A stretch of DNA of 64,000 nt, taken from IMG/VR virus record IMGVR_UViG_2906626472_000001, positions 54,886-118,885 of that record; one strand, given 5' to 3'. Numbering within the stretch: the stretch's first letter is position 1; every line of letters starts with the position of its first letter. This stretch comes from a virus. Taxonomy: Duplodnaviria > Caudoviricetes. Shown here piece by piece: positions 43,426 to 53,377 of the stretch. A program made the translations under genes and the position numbers. The notes under the pieces were generated by a model that searched no databases, was not told the origin of the DNA, and worked only from the letters and a program-made list of their open reading frames with translations.

Positions 43426-44604
43426 GTGACCACGGGCTACACCCCGATCTACAGGATCATGAAGGACGGTGAGGATATCACCGGGAACTTCAACGACCGG
43501 ACCTTGCAGATCAAAGTCGATCTCCAGGCCGGCAACGGCAATGACGACCAATGCACCATCCTGATCGATGACCGTGACTGGCGCGTTGCGCGCCCGTACA
43601 CCGGAGACATCATCGCGGTCTGGCTTGGCTACGTCGAGGTCGGCATGGCCTACATGGGTTCGTTCGAGGTGAGCGACGTGTCTTTCATCGGACCGCCGCG
43701 CCAGATCAAGCTCCTCGCGAAATCGACCGGGGCCAACGACATCCACAAGGCGCCTGCCATCAAGGAGTTCGCCAACAAGTCGATCGGCGACATCCTCGGC
43801 GAAATGGCCGGGCAGACCGGACTGGGGCTCGCCATCTCCGGAGACCTCGCCGGCATCAAAATCCCCTTCAAGAATCAGGGCGTCAGCAACCTGCATATGA
43901 TCCACGAGCTGGAGCGCCTGGCTGGCGCCGTCGCCAAGGTCGTGGACGGCAAGCTGATGTTCATCAAGCGCGACGACGGCACGACCGCGAGCGGCGTGGA
44001 CTTGCCGACCCTCGTGCTGGTGCCGGAGCATTTCGGCACCTGGGACGTCCGTTACGCCAGCAAGCCCGGCTACGGCAAGGTCAAGGCAGCCTGGTTCGAC
44101 AAGGATGAGATGGTCCGTAAGTGGGTCGGAGCGGCGGTCGGCGGAGAATCCGGCGGCCCGGGACTCGCCAACAAATTCGGCGGAGCATTCAACATCGGCC
44201 AGCTCTTCAACTCGAAGGAGGAGGCGGAGAAAGCCGCTGCCTCGCAGGCTGAGAACCTGAAGCGTGCGGAGGTGCTGGCCACCTTCGATCTCGCGAAGGG
44301 AGACCCCTGGATCCGAGACCAGCAGACGCTTCTCGTTCGGGGAATGCGCGACGCCATCAACGGCTCGTACGTCATCGACAAAGCCTCCCACACCTACATC
44401 AAGAGCACCGGCATCAAGTCATCGCTTGAATGCAAGGCGCCGGGGAATGGCACCAACTTTGAGGAAGCATCGAAGGAGTTCATGCGTCCGGGTCCAGGCG
44501 AGTTGCTCGGCGAATATCTCCGATCCCACCCCGACATAAACCCCAACGACCTGTCGCAGTCGGACATCGACGCGATCAATCAGGGCGGGTTTACAACCGA
44601 CTAA
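43426..44604 (+). CDS. baseplate hub / late control gpD-like protein
   Basis: P.YRI..DG.DIT, D.C.I.IDD, WLGY, G.F.V, KVVDGKL.F. Confidence 0.9.
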   Translation: MTTGYTPIYRIMKDGEDITGNFNDRTLQIKVDLQAGNGNDDQCTILIDDRDWRVARPYTGDIIAVWLGYVEVGMAYMGSFEVSDVSFIGPPRQIKLLAKSTGANDIHKAPAIKEFANKSIGDILGEMAGQTGLGLAISGDLAGIKIPFKNQGVSNLHMIHELERLAGAVAKVVDGKLMFIKRDDGTTASGVDLPTLVLVPEHFGTWDVRYASKPGYGKVKAAWFDKDEMVRKWVGAAVGGESGGPGLANKFGGAFNIGQLFNSKEEAEKAAASQAENLKRAEVLATFDLAKGDPWIRDQQTLLVRGMRDAINGSYVIDKASHTYIKSTGIKSSLECKAPGNGTNFEEASKEFMRPGPGELLGEYLRSHPDINPNDLSQSDIDAINQGGFTTD

Positions 44605-44614
44605 CGAGTATCAA

Positions 44615-45787
44615 ATGTTCAGTGCAGAAATCATCGACGCCATCGTGCGGGCGGCGAAGGCGAACGGCTGGCCTGCGTCAGCCCTACTCGCCGTCGTCGA
44701 GTGCGAAACGTCGGGCAAGCCGTTCGAGCAGGACGGCCACACGCCCTCGCTGCTCTTCGAGCGGCACAAGTTCTATTCCGAACTCCAGAAGCATGAGCCG
44801 AGCAAGCTGAAGAAGGCTATCTCGCTCGGCCTCGCGATCCCCAAGTGGAGTCGGAACACCCAGTACAAGGACCAGGGCACCTCATCCGGCCGCCTCGCAG
44901 TGATCGCGAAAGCAAGGGCGGTAGACGAGGAAGTCGCCAACAGAGCGGCGTCCTGGGGCCTTGGCCAGACCATGGGGTTCAACGCCGAGTCCCTTCACTA
45001 TCCGAACGCCACGGAGATGGTCGAGGAGCTGTCGAAGGGTGTCGACGAGCAGATTGACGCGCTGGTTCGCGAGATCAAGGTGAACCACCTCGACAAGCAC
45101 CTCGTGTCGAAGAACTTCACGGCCTTCGCCAAGGGCTACAACGGGCCCGGCTACGCCCAGAACAACTACGACAGCCGGATGCGTACCGCCGATGCGCGCT
45201 GGGTCCGAAAACTCGAGCAAATCGAGAAGGGCGACTTCGAGCCGAAGCCGGGCAAGACCATCACGATGGTCTACCAGACCAAGCTCAAGTCCCTCGGTTT
45301 CAACGTCGGCAAGATCGACGGGGACTGGGGCGATCTGACCACGGGCGCCACGTCCGCTTTCCAGCGGCGCGAGGGCCTGAAGATCACCGGCCATCCGAAC
45401 GACGAGACCACCGCCTTGCTCGATAAGAGCGAGGACAAGCGCGAGATTGCGCCGGAGCGAACCCAGGCCACCGTTGACGATCTGCGCGCTGTCGGCTCGC
45501 AGACGGTCGCCGCGGCCGACAAGGGCTCGCTGATGTCGAAGATCCTGGTCGGTGCCGGCGCTCTCGGCGGCGCCTCGCAGACCGGTGTCCTCGATCAGGC
45601 GCAGGGCATGGTCGACAAGGTCAACCAGCTTAAGGGGATCATGGACTCCGTCCATGACCTGGCGCACGCGCTCGCCCCCTACTGGTGGGTCGGCGTGATC
45701 GCGGTCGGCTTCGTCACCTGGAAGCTCTACGGCGACGTCATCAAGCGCCGCCTCCAAGACCATCAGACTGGAGTCCACCTTGGATAA
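44615..45787 (+). CDS. endolysin: N-acetylmuramidase (DUF3380-like) plus PG-binding domain and C-terminal TM region
   Basis: AV.E.ET.G, LFERH.FY, SWGLGQTMGFN, FAKGYNGPGY, IDGDWG..T..A..AFQ. Confidence 0.92.
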   Translation: MFSAEIIDAIVRAAKANGWPASALLAVVECETSGKPFEQDGHTPSLLFERHKFYSELQKHEPSKLKKAISLGLAIPKWSRNTQYKDQGTSSGRLAVIAKARAVDEEVANRAASWGLGQTMGFNAESLHYPNATEMVEELSKGVDEQIDALVREIKVNHLDKHLVSKNFTAFAKGYNGPGYAQNNYDSRMRTADARWVRKLEQIEKGDFEPKPGKTITMVYQTKLKSLGFNVGKIDGDWGDLTTGATSAFQRREGLKITGHPNDETTALLDKSEDKREIAPERTQATVDDLRAVGSQTVAAADKGSLMSKILVGAGALGGASQTGVLDQAQGMVDKVNQLKGIMDSVHDLAHALAPYWWVGVIAVGFVTWKLYGDVIKRRLQDHQTGVHLG

Positions 45788-46256
45788 CCTCACCAACAAA
45801 GCCGCGGTCCTCTGGGCCGCGGTCCAGCTCCGCTGGGCGCAAGCCCGGGAGCTTGCTGCCACCAAGGGCAAGGCCATCCTGGCCGCGCTCGTGGTGCTCA
45901 CCGTGTTCGGATTTGCCTTCCACCTCGGTGGCAAGGGAAAGCCCGAGCTGAAGGCCGAGGTCGTTGAGCTGAAGCAGCAGCTCGCCGATGAGCGGTCGAA
46001 GCCGGCTCCTCAGCCGGAGATCCCCGTCTGGCAGTGCAATGGCCCGAAAGAGACGCGCCATCCGCAGTGTCCGGACGAAGGCGCGGCCGATCGCGCGGAC
46101 CAACTGGCGGGGCAACACGCCGAGTCCGAGGCGGCGAAGGCCAAACTCGAAAAGAAGGTCAAGGACTATGAAACGCAGCTGGCCCGCCGGCCTGCGAAGG
46201 CTGGGACTTTTACTCTGTCTCCCGCTGACGCTCGCAGCCTGCAAAACATTCGGTGA
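45780..46256 (+). CDS. i-spanin (Rz-like)
   Basis: N-terminal TM helix plus coiled coil after the endolysin; overlaps a lipoprotein gene. Confidence 0.7.
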   Translation: MDNLTNKAAVLWAAVQLRWAQARELAATKGKAILAALVVLTVFGFAFHLGGKGKPELKAEVVELKQQLADERSKPAPQPEIPVWQCNGPKETRHPQCPDEGAADRADQLAGQHAESEAAKAKLEKKVKDYETQLARRPAKAGTFTLSPADARSLQNIR

Positions 46257-46461
46257 TGCGTCGCCGCAGGAGCGGATGGACATCCAGTCCTGCATGCGCC
46301 TCGCCACCACCGTGGAGCTTCCGCCCATTAAGGCCGGCATGGATGCCCGGGCCGTGATCGCCCGCTACCGGGCCGCCCTGGCGAGCGCGAACGCCAACGT
46401 CAACGACACCAAGGCCTGTTTGGCCCTGCTCGATAGGGCAGAACAGGAGGGGACCTTTTAA
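46168..46461 (+). CDS. o-spanin (Rz1-like lipoprotein)
   Basis: AAGGA RBS, MKRSWPAGLRRLGLLLCLPLTLAAC lipobox; overlaps the i-spanin 3' end. Confidence 0.75.
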   Translation: MKRSWPAGLRRLGLLLCLPLTLAACKTFGDASPQERMDIQSCMRLATTVELPPIKAGMDARAVIARYRAALASANANVNDTKACLALLDRAEQEGTF

Positions 46462-46796
46462 TGGCCCTCGCAGACGTAACGCTAGAGACGGTGCTCAGCC
46501 TCGCGGGGCCGACCATCGCAGCCGCCGGCTTCGTGTCCGGCGTCTGGTATCGCATGGAGACGAAGGTGGAGACCGTCCGCAGGGACGCCACCACCGCGGT
46601 TCATGCCGTGGAGAAGGAGCTGGCCGAGTTCAAGCTCAAGGTCGCCGAGGAGTACGCCTCCTGGGAGACCGTGAAGGCGATCGAGGCACGGCTCACCGAG
46701 CGCATGGATATGCTCTCCGAGAACGTGATGAAGATGCCTGACGCCATCGTTGGGCGCATCGTCGACATGGTCAAGCTTGCTCAACTTAAGTCTTGA
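46461..46796 (+). CDS. single-TM coiled-coil protein (holin-like)
   Basis: One N-terminal TM helix and FKL.VAEEYA motif, at the end of the lysis cassette. Confidence 0.6.
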   Translation: MALADVTLETVLSLAGPTIAAAGFVSGVWYRMETKVETVRRDATTAVHAVEKELAEFKLKVAEEYASWETVKAIEARLTERMDMLSENVMKMPDAIVGRIVDMVKLAQLKS

Positions 46797-46835
46797 CGTT
46801 AGCTCGTTTGCATTCTAAATTTGCATGAATGCAAA
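46793..46835 (+). promoter_or_regulatory. sigma70-like promoter overlapped by a perfect 16-bp operator
   Basis: TTGACG (46793) N17 TAAATT (46816); TTTGCATGAATGCAAA at 46820-46835 and half-site TTTGCATTC at 46807. Confidence 0.7.
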
Positions 46836-46915
46836 TAATGTGCTACCCCCGGGACCATAGATCTCGGGGGTGGTCACACCCCTAGAGATGGGTTCCCCAC
46901 CATCAATAGGGTCAA

Positions 46916-48874
46916 ATGACGCTCTCAAACGAAGAACGTGCTCGCAGAAAGAAGGTCATCGAAGATCTCCTGCAGCTGGGTTACCATCCGCAAGGGCAGC
47001 GTGGAGGCCTCGCCTCCGCTACCAAGACTGCGGAGCGCCGCGAAGGCATCAATTTTCCGAACTGGGTTCGCGCCGAAGAGGCGCTGAAGCGCAAGCGCAA
47101 GCCGCATTACGCGGTCGATTGGTCGCTGTATGTGCCGCCCGTCAAAACCGCCACCGTGATCAGAGGGTCCGAAGAAGCTGGCGAAGAACTGTCCGCCGAA
47201 GACCACGCCCACATGCGGGCGCTGGCCCTCTCGACGGAGGTTACCGAACTCATCACCAAGTCGAAGTATCCGGTCGTCAACCCGGAGTCCATCATCGTTG
47301 ACAGCTACATGACCCGTCGCTGGGATCGTGAAGAGCAGGCCTACGTGCTGCGCGAGGGCAAGCCCCGCACCTGGATGAGCGACACCCTGCGTGTCGAGCC
47401 AATCAAGGACAGCCGCGGCAAGAGCTTCATCTTCACGGCAGCGCAGAACGACTCCATGCTCCATGAGGAGTTCTGGGCCAACCTCCAGGCCTATGCCGCC
47501 CACCTCAACGCCGAGATCGTTGTCGGGCCGTTCACCTACGAGACGCAGTGGTGGGCCGAGAACAATCCCCAGGCGCGTGAATACGCCCCCGAGCTGGCGG
47601 AGTTCATGTGCTTCGGCCAGATGAAGATCGGCTCGAACTTCGTGTTCTGCGGCGAGATGAACACGCTGCCGACAGCGGCGCAGCCGATCTCGGATCTCGT
47701 GACGTATAGCCGGGGCCGCTGGGCCGTGTTCCCGCACGCCAAGCGCCAGCTGAAGTCCGTCCCGTCAGACGATCCGGCCGTGCAGGCGCACCAGGTTATG
47801 ACGTCGGGCTGCGTCACGCGGCCGAAGGTCATCCCGCGCAAGGCGGGCGTGAAGTCCATCTTTCACCAGGTGATCGGCGCCACCATCGTCCAGTTCGATG
47901 ATGACGGCGACATCTTCTGCCGCCAGATCACCGCCAGCGACGACGGATCGTTCTACGATCTGGACGCCTGTGTGGCGAACGCTGAGGTGACGACCGGGCA
48001 CCGGGTGACGGCGATCACCATGCCGGACATCCACGTCCGGAAGATCGACCAGAACAACTGCATGGCCATCTTCGGATGGGACATGCGGGGTGGCCGCGCG
48101 CAGTATCGCAACAGCATGATCGACGTTCTCAATCCCGAGAACATCATCCTGCACGACATCTTCGACAACGAGGCACGGAACCACCACCACATTCACGACA
48201 ACGCCCACAGCTACGAGATGGCCATCCGTGGCCGCGACAGCGTGGAGGACGAGGTCGAGGGCGTCGGCGACTTCTTGGCGCTGCTGGCTCGCGAGGACCG
48301 CAAGACGATCATCGCCGAGGGCAACCACGACCTGGCGCTGGAGAAGTACGTCCGTGAGGGCCGGTACCGCATGGATGGCACGAACATCCGCTACGGCCTC
48401 CAGCTGGAGGATGCGTACCTCGGCTACGTCGAGGCGCGCTCGCATGCGCTCGACAACGAGCTGCCGGTGCCGAAGTTCTCGATGCTGGAGCACGCCGTCC
48501 GCCTCAAGCGCCCCGAGCTGGGCGCGTGGGTCGAGTGGTGTGTCGACGGCTACAGTTACCTGATCGACGGAATCCAGGTCGGCAACCACGGTTTCCGCGG
48601 CCCCAACGGCGCGCGTGGCACCGTGGCCGGCTTCGCGCGGGCAGGGCGCAAGATGTCGATCGGAGACAAGCATAGCCCCGAGATTATGGAGGGCGTCTAC
48701 GTCTCCGGCGTCATGAACCTGCGCCACGGCTACAACAAGGGCCTGTCGGGTTGGGCGGTCACCGTGACCATCCAGTATCCGGATGGGAAGCGCTCGCTCG
48801 CGACGTTGCAGAACGGAAAGTGGCGGCCGGGGAAGCGGGTTATCCGCATGCCGGCGCCGTCTTTGGCTGCCTGA
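46916..48874 (+). CDS. metallophosphoesterase-fold protein (T5 A1-like)
   Basis: FT.AQN, PDIH, HDIFD, GNHD, NHG..GPNGARG, GDKHSP motifs. Confidence 0.8.
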   Translation: MTLSNEERARRKKVIEDLLQLGYHPQGQRGGLASATKTAERREGINFPNWVRAEEALKRKRKPHYAVDWSLYVPPVKTATVIRGSEEAGEELSAEDHAHMRALALSTEVTELITKSKYPVVNPESIIVDSYMTRRWDREEQAYVLREGKPRTWMSDTLRVEPIKDSRGKSFIFTAAQNDSMLHEEFWANLQAYAAHLNAEIVVGPFTYETQWWAENNPQAREYAPELAEFMCFGQMKIGSNFVFCGEMNTLPTAAQPISDLVTYSRGRWAVFPHAKRQLKSVPSDDPAVQAHQVMTSGCVTRPKVIPRKAGVKSIFHQVIGATIVQFDDDGDIFCRQITASDDGSFYDLDACVANAEVTTGHRVTAITMPDIHVRKIDQNNCMAIFGWDMRGGRAQYRNSMIDVLNPENIILHDIFDNEARNHHHIHDNAHSYEMAIRGRDSVEDEVEGVGDFLALLAREDRKTIIAEGNHDLALEKYVREGRYRMDGTNIRYGLQLEDAYLGYVEARSHALDNELPVPKFSMLEHAVRLKRPELGAWVEWCVDGYSYLIDGIQVGNHGFRGPNGARGTVAGFARAGRKMSIGDKHSPEIMEGVYVSGVMNLRHGYNKGLSGWAVTVTIQYPDGKRSLATLQNGKWRPGKRVIRMPAPSLAA

Positions 48875-48877
48875 ACG

Positions 48878-48905
48878 TTTGTTTGAATGCAAAGGAGAAT
48901 GCAAA
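48878..48905. promoter_or_regulatory. 16-bp operator-like motif plus half-site over the RBS
   Basis: TTTGTTTGAATGCAAA at 48878-48893 and GAATGCAAA at 48897-48905. Confidence 0.65.
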
Positions 48906-48906
48906 T

Positions 48907-49590
48907 ATGACGGTTATCGGCCTCTCGGGCTTCGCACAGTCGGGTAAGACCACGGCGGCGTTGTACCTGGAGAAGAAGTACGGCGTGCGGCGCAAGCACA
49001 TTGCTGAGCCGCTGCGGGCCATGCTCGCGGTGCTGCTGAAGGCGAACGGCATGAAGTCCGACGAGATCACGCGCTACCTGGAGGGCGATCTCAAGGAGCA
49101 GATCATTCCGTGCCTGGGTGTCACGTCGCGCTACGCCCAGATCACGATCGGCACCGAGTGGGGCCGTGAGCTGATCAGCCAGGACCTGTGGGCCAACACC
49201 TGGGCGCGCGGCATCCATGATGGCGAGAGCGTCATGAACGACAGCGTGCGCTTCCCGAACGAGGCGGAGGCCATCCGACAGCTCGGCGGCGTGGTGATCA
49301 TGATCAAGCGCCCCGGCACCAAGCCGGCGAAGTTCAAGTGGGGCAAGATCGGCGGGTTCCTGTACGACAAGTTCGGCCTGATGTGGGGCGTCCACGACAG
49401 CGAACGCAGCGACCGGATCAAGGCCGACTTCGTCATCCACAACGACGCCAGCGTCGAGCAGCTCTATGCCGACCTAGACGACGCGATGGCGGCGCACTTC
49501 AAGAAGGTGCAGCAGACCTCGTTTGATGGATCCCCGAAGGCGGCCGGTGCCGCTGTTGGGCTGGCGCTGGCAAGCGTAGTGGGACTGTAA
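48907..49590 (+). CDS. deoxynucleoside monophosphate kinase
   Basis: IGLSG.AQSGKTT, AEPL, Q.T.GTEWGR, VRFPNEA, H.SE. Confidence 0.9.
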   Translation: MTVIGLSGFAQSGKTTAALYLEKKYGVRRKHIAEPLRAMLAVLLKANGMKSDEITRYLEGDLKEQIIPCLGVTSRYAQITIGTEWGRELISQDLWANTWARGIHDGESVMNDSVRFPNEAEAIRQLGGVVIMIKRPGTKPAKFKWGKIGGFLYDKFGLMWGVHDSERSDRIKADFVIHNDASVEQLYADLDDAMAAHFKKVQQTSFDGSPKAAGAAVGLALASVVGL

Positions 49591-49847
49591 TGCAGTCCCG
49601 CGTCATGTCGCTGGTAGAGGTCGCGACGTCGAGCCTGATCGGGTTCGTCGTCTCGATCTTCGCCAACTGGGCGGTGCTGCCGATGTTCGGCATGCACCCC
49701 AGCTTCCATCAGAGCTTCTGGATCACCCTGATCTTCATGGTGATCTCGATCATCCGCAGCTACCTGGTCCGCCGGTTCTTCCACGTCTACGTGACGCGCT
49801 TCATGAACGGAGGAAATCGTGATAATTGCAGAAGCTGCCCCCAGTGA
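49590..49847 (+). CDS. small 2-TM phage membrane protein
   Basis: MQSR.MSLVE....LIGF.VS, S.IRSY.VRR.F motif. Confidence 0.75.
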   Translation: MQSRVMSLVEVATSSLIGFVVSIFANWAVLPMFGMHPSFHQSFWITLIFMVISIIRSYLVRRFFHVYVTRFMNGGNRDNCRSCPQ

Positions 49848-49872
49848 CTCTGGGATGGCATCAGGGGGGCTG

Positions 49873-50880
49873 TCAGGACCAAGTGCGAGCAATTCGGGAG
49901 AACATCGGCGATGCGCGCCCATAACTGACCAGTTTGACATCAAGATCAAAATTTGACGCAAGCTGGATGGCGCGGACCAAGGCTTCTTCTATCCAGCTCT
50001 CGTCATTTCCGAAAGCACCGCCACCAAGACTCGTGAGCAGCACGATCTTTGAACCGCCACGCCGCGCGTTTAGTACGGCCGCCCAGAGCGTCGCTTCGTA
50101 AGCCGCTTCCAGAACGAGCGAGGCAAAAGCAGACCAATGCTGCGGAGAGATCTGACTATAGGCGACCGGAAGAGCCGAGCAAAAGGCTTGCGAGACCACC
50201 GGAAAGGGCTGGGCTGCGTCTGTGACCTCGACGTCGTGATGCAGCCCGATGCGCAGTCTGCCGCGGAGCCAATCAATTTCGTCGGACGTACTGCGCCCAA
50301 GAAGACCAGCAATGGCCTTGAGGCCGGATCCGCTACCGAGCGCATAGCCGTTTTTCATCGTCCAAAGTTCGCTGACCTGCATCGTAAGGCGCTCACTCAG
50401 CGCGATGCCGAGATCCGCCAAGGCGTCCAGCTGCCGCTCGCTCGTTTGTCCGGACTGCCCGCCGACGGCGGCGAAGTAATTGCGGTAGATGGTGGCGGCC
50501 CCGGCAGCCATTGCGCATGCCGGCCCCTGGGTTCGATCATGCTGATAGATGGTGACACCGTCTTCCGGCGTCCTGTCCGGCCCAACCATCTCCAAAAGAT
50601 TGAACTATGAAGCCACCTGAAACAGTGCACCCGCATATTCAGCACGTCTGTGCATCTCTCTCACGTCGCCACTCACCGGTGAGACTTTCAATCGCCCGGG
50701 CGGCTGGTGAGACCTCACCTGATCTCGAAGCGTCGATAGTGACACCAGTTCAAGGTGTCCGGTGCAATAACTCTTGCCATTGACCAGTGATTTCAGCCGA
50801 TAACCATCAACTTCGAGCCTGGCCCGCGTGGCGGTATAATTCGCCTCGCGAAATCCGGTCAGTCTTTCAAACCAATCCAC
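49873..50880 (-). pseudogene. macrodomain/PARG-like conserved protein interrupted by an in-frame TAG at 50605-50607
   Basis: MDWFERLTGFRE...ALFQVAS*FNLLEM..P.DG...DRTQGP...LGGGAFGN; the two ORF-track pieces are in the same frame. Confidence 0.75.
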
Positions 50881-50896
50881 GCGGCGCCTCCACAGA

Positions 50897-51451
50897 TCAA
50901 GCGATGGGTTTAGCTCCTCGAACTACATCTTCTTGAGCGCGTGTTTCGATCGCGCCTTCGCGCTTCGACCGTACTAGCCGCATTGCCTCGTCAGGCGCCA
51001 TGCCGAGTTCGGCCAACAGGCGCGCCGCTATCATGCCGGCGCGTCCTTGGCCGCCCTTGCAGTGGACAACGATGTGGGAGCCGTCGCGCAGCAGGTGACG
51101 GATGCGCTCGCCATGTGTCAACCAGCTCTTCTCGAACAATGCAGAGGGCACACTAGCGTCCCGTATTGGTAAATGGAGCCACTCCATGCCTCGGGCCTCG
51201 ACCCCGGCACCCAGGTCGGTTACATGCAGTTGTTCGAGCTCCTCCTTCTCCACCAGTGTGAGGATCAGGCTTGCGCCCCACTTTTTGATCTCATCGAGAT
51301 CAAGGCCGAGATCTCGCTGCCATGCGCCGGTAGCGGCATTCAAGTCGTGCTTCCCCGGACAGAACGTGATGCCTATCCGTCCGTGTTGCAGGCTTGCCTG
51401 CACTTCAGCAATCTTGAGCGGGTGGGTTTTGCTGGTGCGAACAAAATTCAA
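50897..51451 (-). CDS. dual-specificity protein phosphatase (CDKN3-like)
   Basis: Cx5R loop VHCKGGQGRAG, HLPI.D, GAIET..Q. Confidence 0.9.
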   Translation of the reverse strand: MNFVRTSKTHPLKIAEVQASLQHGRIGITFCPGKHDLNAATGAWQRDLGLDLDEIKKWGASLILTLVEKEELEQLHVTDLGAGVEARGMEWLHLPIRDASVPSALFEKSWLTHGERIRHLLRDGSHIVVHCKGGQGRAGMIAARLLAELGMAPDEAMRLVRSKREGAIETRAQEDVVRGAKPIA

Positions 51452-51991
51452 GGACTGCCCCGTCGGGAATGACAGCGATAATTTTCAAGTTTAGCAGAAT
51501 TGCGCGGCTATAGGTTACTCCGAAGCGATCTTGCTAACATCCACTCTGCAGCTTCTGGCTCCACGGCTGCTCACCTGAGGCCGCATCCGCAACTTCATTG
51601 GAATCGATCGGAGGTCGTGGAAAGATGCGGCCAAGAAGAGGCAGGGGCTTTTGATGAGTGGCTTCAGTCGGCCGGGTACGAAATCCCATCCATTTCTGGA
51701 TTTCCGTCCTGGTTTCGATCGGCCCGTAAGGCATCAATGTTAGATTGTGCAGCGCACCATGGGGGCAGCCCTGTGCTCCGCAGGACCATCTGAAGTGACA
51801 AGCTTGACGAACAACCGGCGCTTGTGCATGTTGATGACGCTTCTGGATGGAAGCTGAAACAAGAACCCGAGACGGTTCTGGTAGTGGTGTCGCTGGATAG
51901 CGATGGTTTGGTGGGACATTTTGCGTCCCGATCGAACCGTCATACGCGGAAACCGCATCTAGAATCGGTCTCTCCTTTTGGAGAACCGAAA

Positions 51992-53377
51992 ATGAATCCC
52001 GATAAAGTTGTTATTCGCTTTGAGCAGGTTTCCGAGCAAACCGAAGGCCCGGTCCGTCGAATTGTGGGCTTCGTCAGGGCCAAAAATATGCTGCAACTGT
52101 TTGATGCGGCGGATCTAGAAGCCAACCCTCGCGAAGCCAAAGCGGGCGCCGTCACAGCGGACATCATCGATAGTATCTGCGATACACCCGAGACTTTCCC
52201 TTTCAAGACCAAGGGGGTTCTTGTCGGCGCCTCAAACTATGTGGCGCTTGAGCGCAAACGCTACGAGATCCGCTTCGAGAATACCAAAATCGAAGGAATT
52301 TTGGACGGTGGGCACAATATGCTGGCTATCGGGACTTACGTTTTGGCTCGAGCGCTCGGCGATGATCGAATCTTCAAGAAGATCAAACGTTGGACGGAGC
52401 TCAAGGACGCTTGGGAAGCTAATCGTAAGGAAATTACAGAGCTAAAACGAGTCGCAGGCGAAGAGTCAGGAAGCGGGCCTCTCGATTTTCTTGTGCCGGT
52501 TGAGGTACTCGTTCCCGCTGACATCGAAAATGACGAGATCGTTGGCGAATTCAACAGCTCCCTTCTCGATATTTGCGCGGCGCGCAACAATAACGTCGAG
52601 CTTACCTTAGAAACCAAAGCAAATAAAAAGGGGTTCTACGAGTATCTGCGGAAATCCTTGCAGCCATTAATAGCGAACCGCGTTGAGTGGAAATCAAACG
52701 ACGGCGGAGAAATCAAGGTGCGGGACCTGATTGCGCTCGCCTGGATCCCACTCTCTATTATCGACCTACCGGTCGATATCAAAATACCTCCCCAGAATCT
52801 CTATCGAAACAAGGGTGACCTTGCGAAGCACTTCGACACGCTGATGAGCGATGAAAAGGTCTCCAGCGTTTCGGATGGCGACTACACCCATGAGCTTCAC
52901 AATACAGCCGTGCACAGCGCACTTGTCATTGCCGGCCAATTGCCCGAGCTCTACGACAAAATCTATCGGGATTTCCCGGCAGCCTATAACGGGGAGCGCG
53001 AGGGGCGATTTGGCGGGCTTGCTGTCGTCAAGATGGCCGACAGAATGCGCTCAAAGCCGCGAACGCACTTTACCGACGCGGAAGTGGATTACGCCTATCC
53101 AGATGGGCTCATTATGCCTTTGGTCTATGGCTTAAAGGCACTGATGGCAAAAGACGAAAACGGCCACGTTCGTTGGAAAGAGGATCCGTTTCGGTTCCTT
53201 GACGAGCATCTAGAATCTATTGTGAAGAAATATCGTGTCATTCTCGACGCCTTCCGCGCAGATCCGCAGAAGGTTGGCAAGAACGAGGGATCGTATGATC
53301 TCGTCCTCGACGCCTTCGAGACCGAGGTTTTGAAGCGTCAGGCCGTTGCTGCCTCTTCTCGGGGAGTGCGGTCATGA
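51992..53377 (+). CDS. AIPR-like protein
   Basis: ANPR, F..K.KG, GILDGGHN, ARNNN motifs; GGAG RBS; first gene of an RM-like operon. Confidence 0.7.
   Translation: MNPDKVVIRFEQVSEQTEGPVRRIVGFVRAKNMLQLFDAADLEANPREAKAGAVTADIIDSICDTPETFPFKTKGVLVGASNYVALERKRYEIRFENTKIEGILDGGHNMLAIGTYVLARALGDDRIFKKIKRWTELKDAWEANRKEITELKRVAGEESGSGPLDFLVPVEVLVPADIENDEIVGEFNSSLLDICAARNNNVELTLETKANKKGFYEYLRKSLQPLIANRVEWKSNDGGEIKVRDLIALAWIPLSIIDLPVDIKIPPQNLYRNKGDLAKHFDTLMSDEKVSSVSDGDYTHELHNTAVHSALVIAGQLPELYDKIYRDFPAAYNGEREGRFGGLAVVKMADRMRSKPRTHFTDAEVDYAYPDGLIMPLVYGLKALMAKDENGHVRWKEDPFRFLDEHLESIVKKYRVILDAFRADPQKVGKNEGSYDLVLDAFETEVLKRQAVAASSRGVRS

Noticed and set aside
12880-50880. Genome-wide TAG-to-Gln recoding (genetic code 15)
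   Set aside because: Only two internal TAGs were found, while TAG ends genes at expected positions (gpX at 43356, chaperone extension at 38885), and no suppressor tRNA is in the window.
51500-51991. ORF 51500-51793 and the N-terminal extension of 51824
   Set aside because: No RBS or motif; likely a divergent promoter region or decayed remnant. The AIPR-like gene has a good RBS at 51992.
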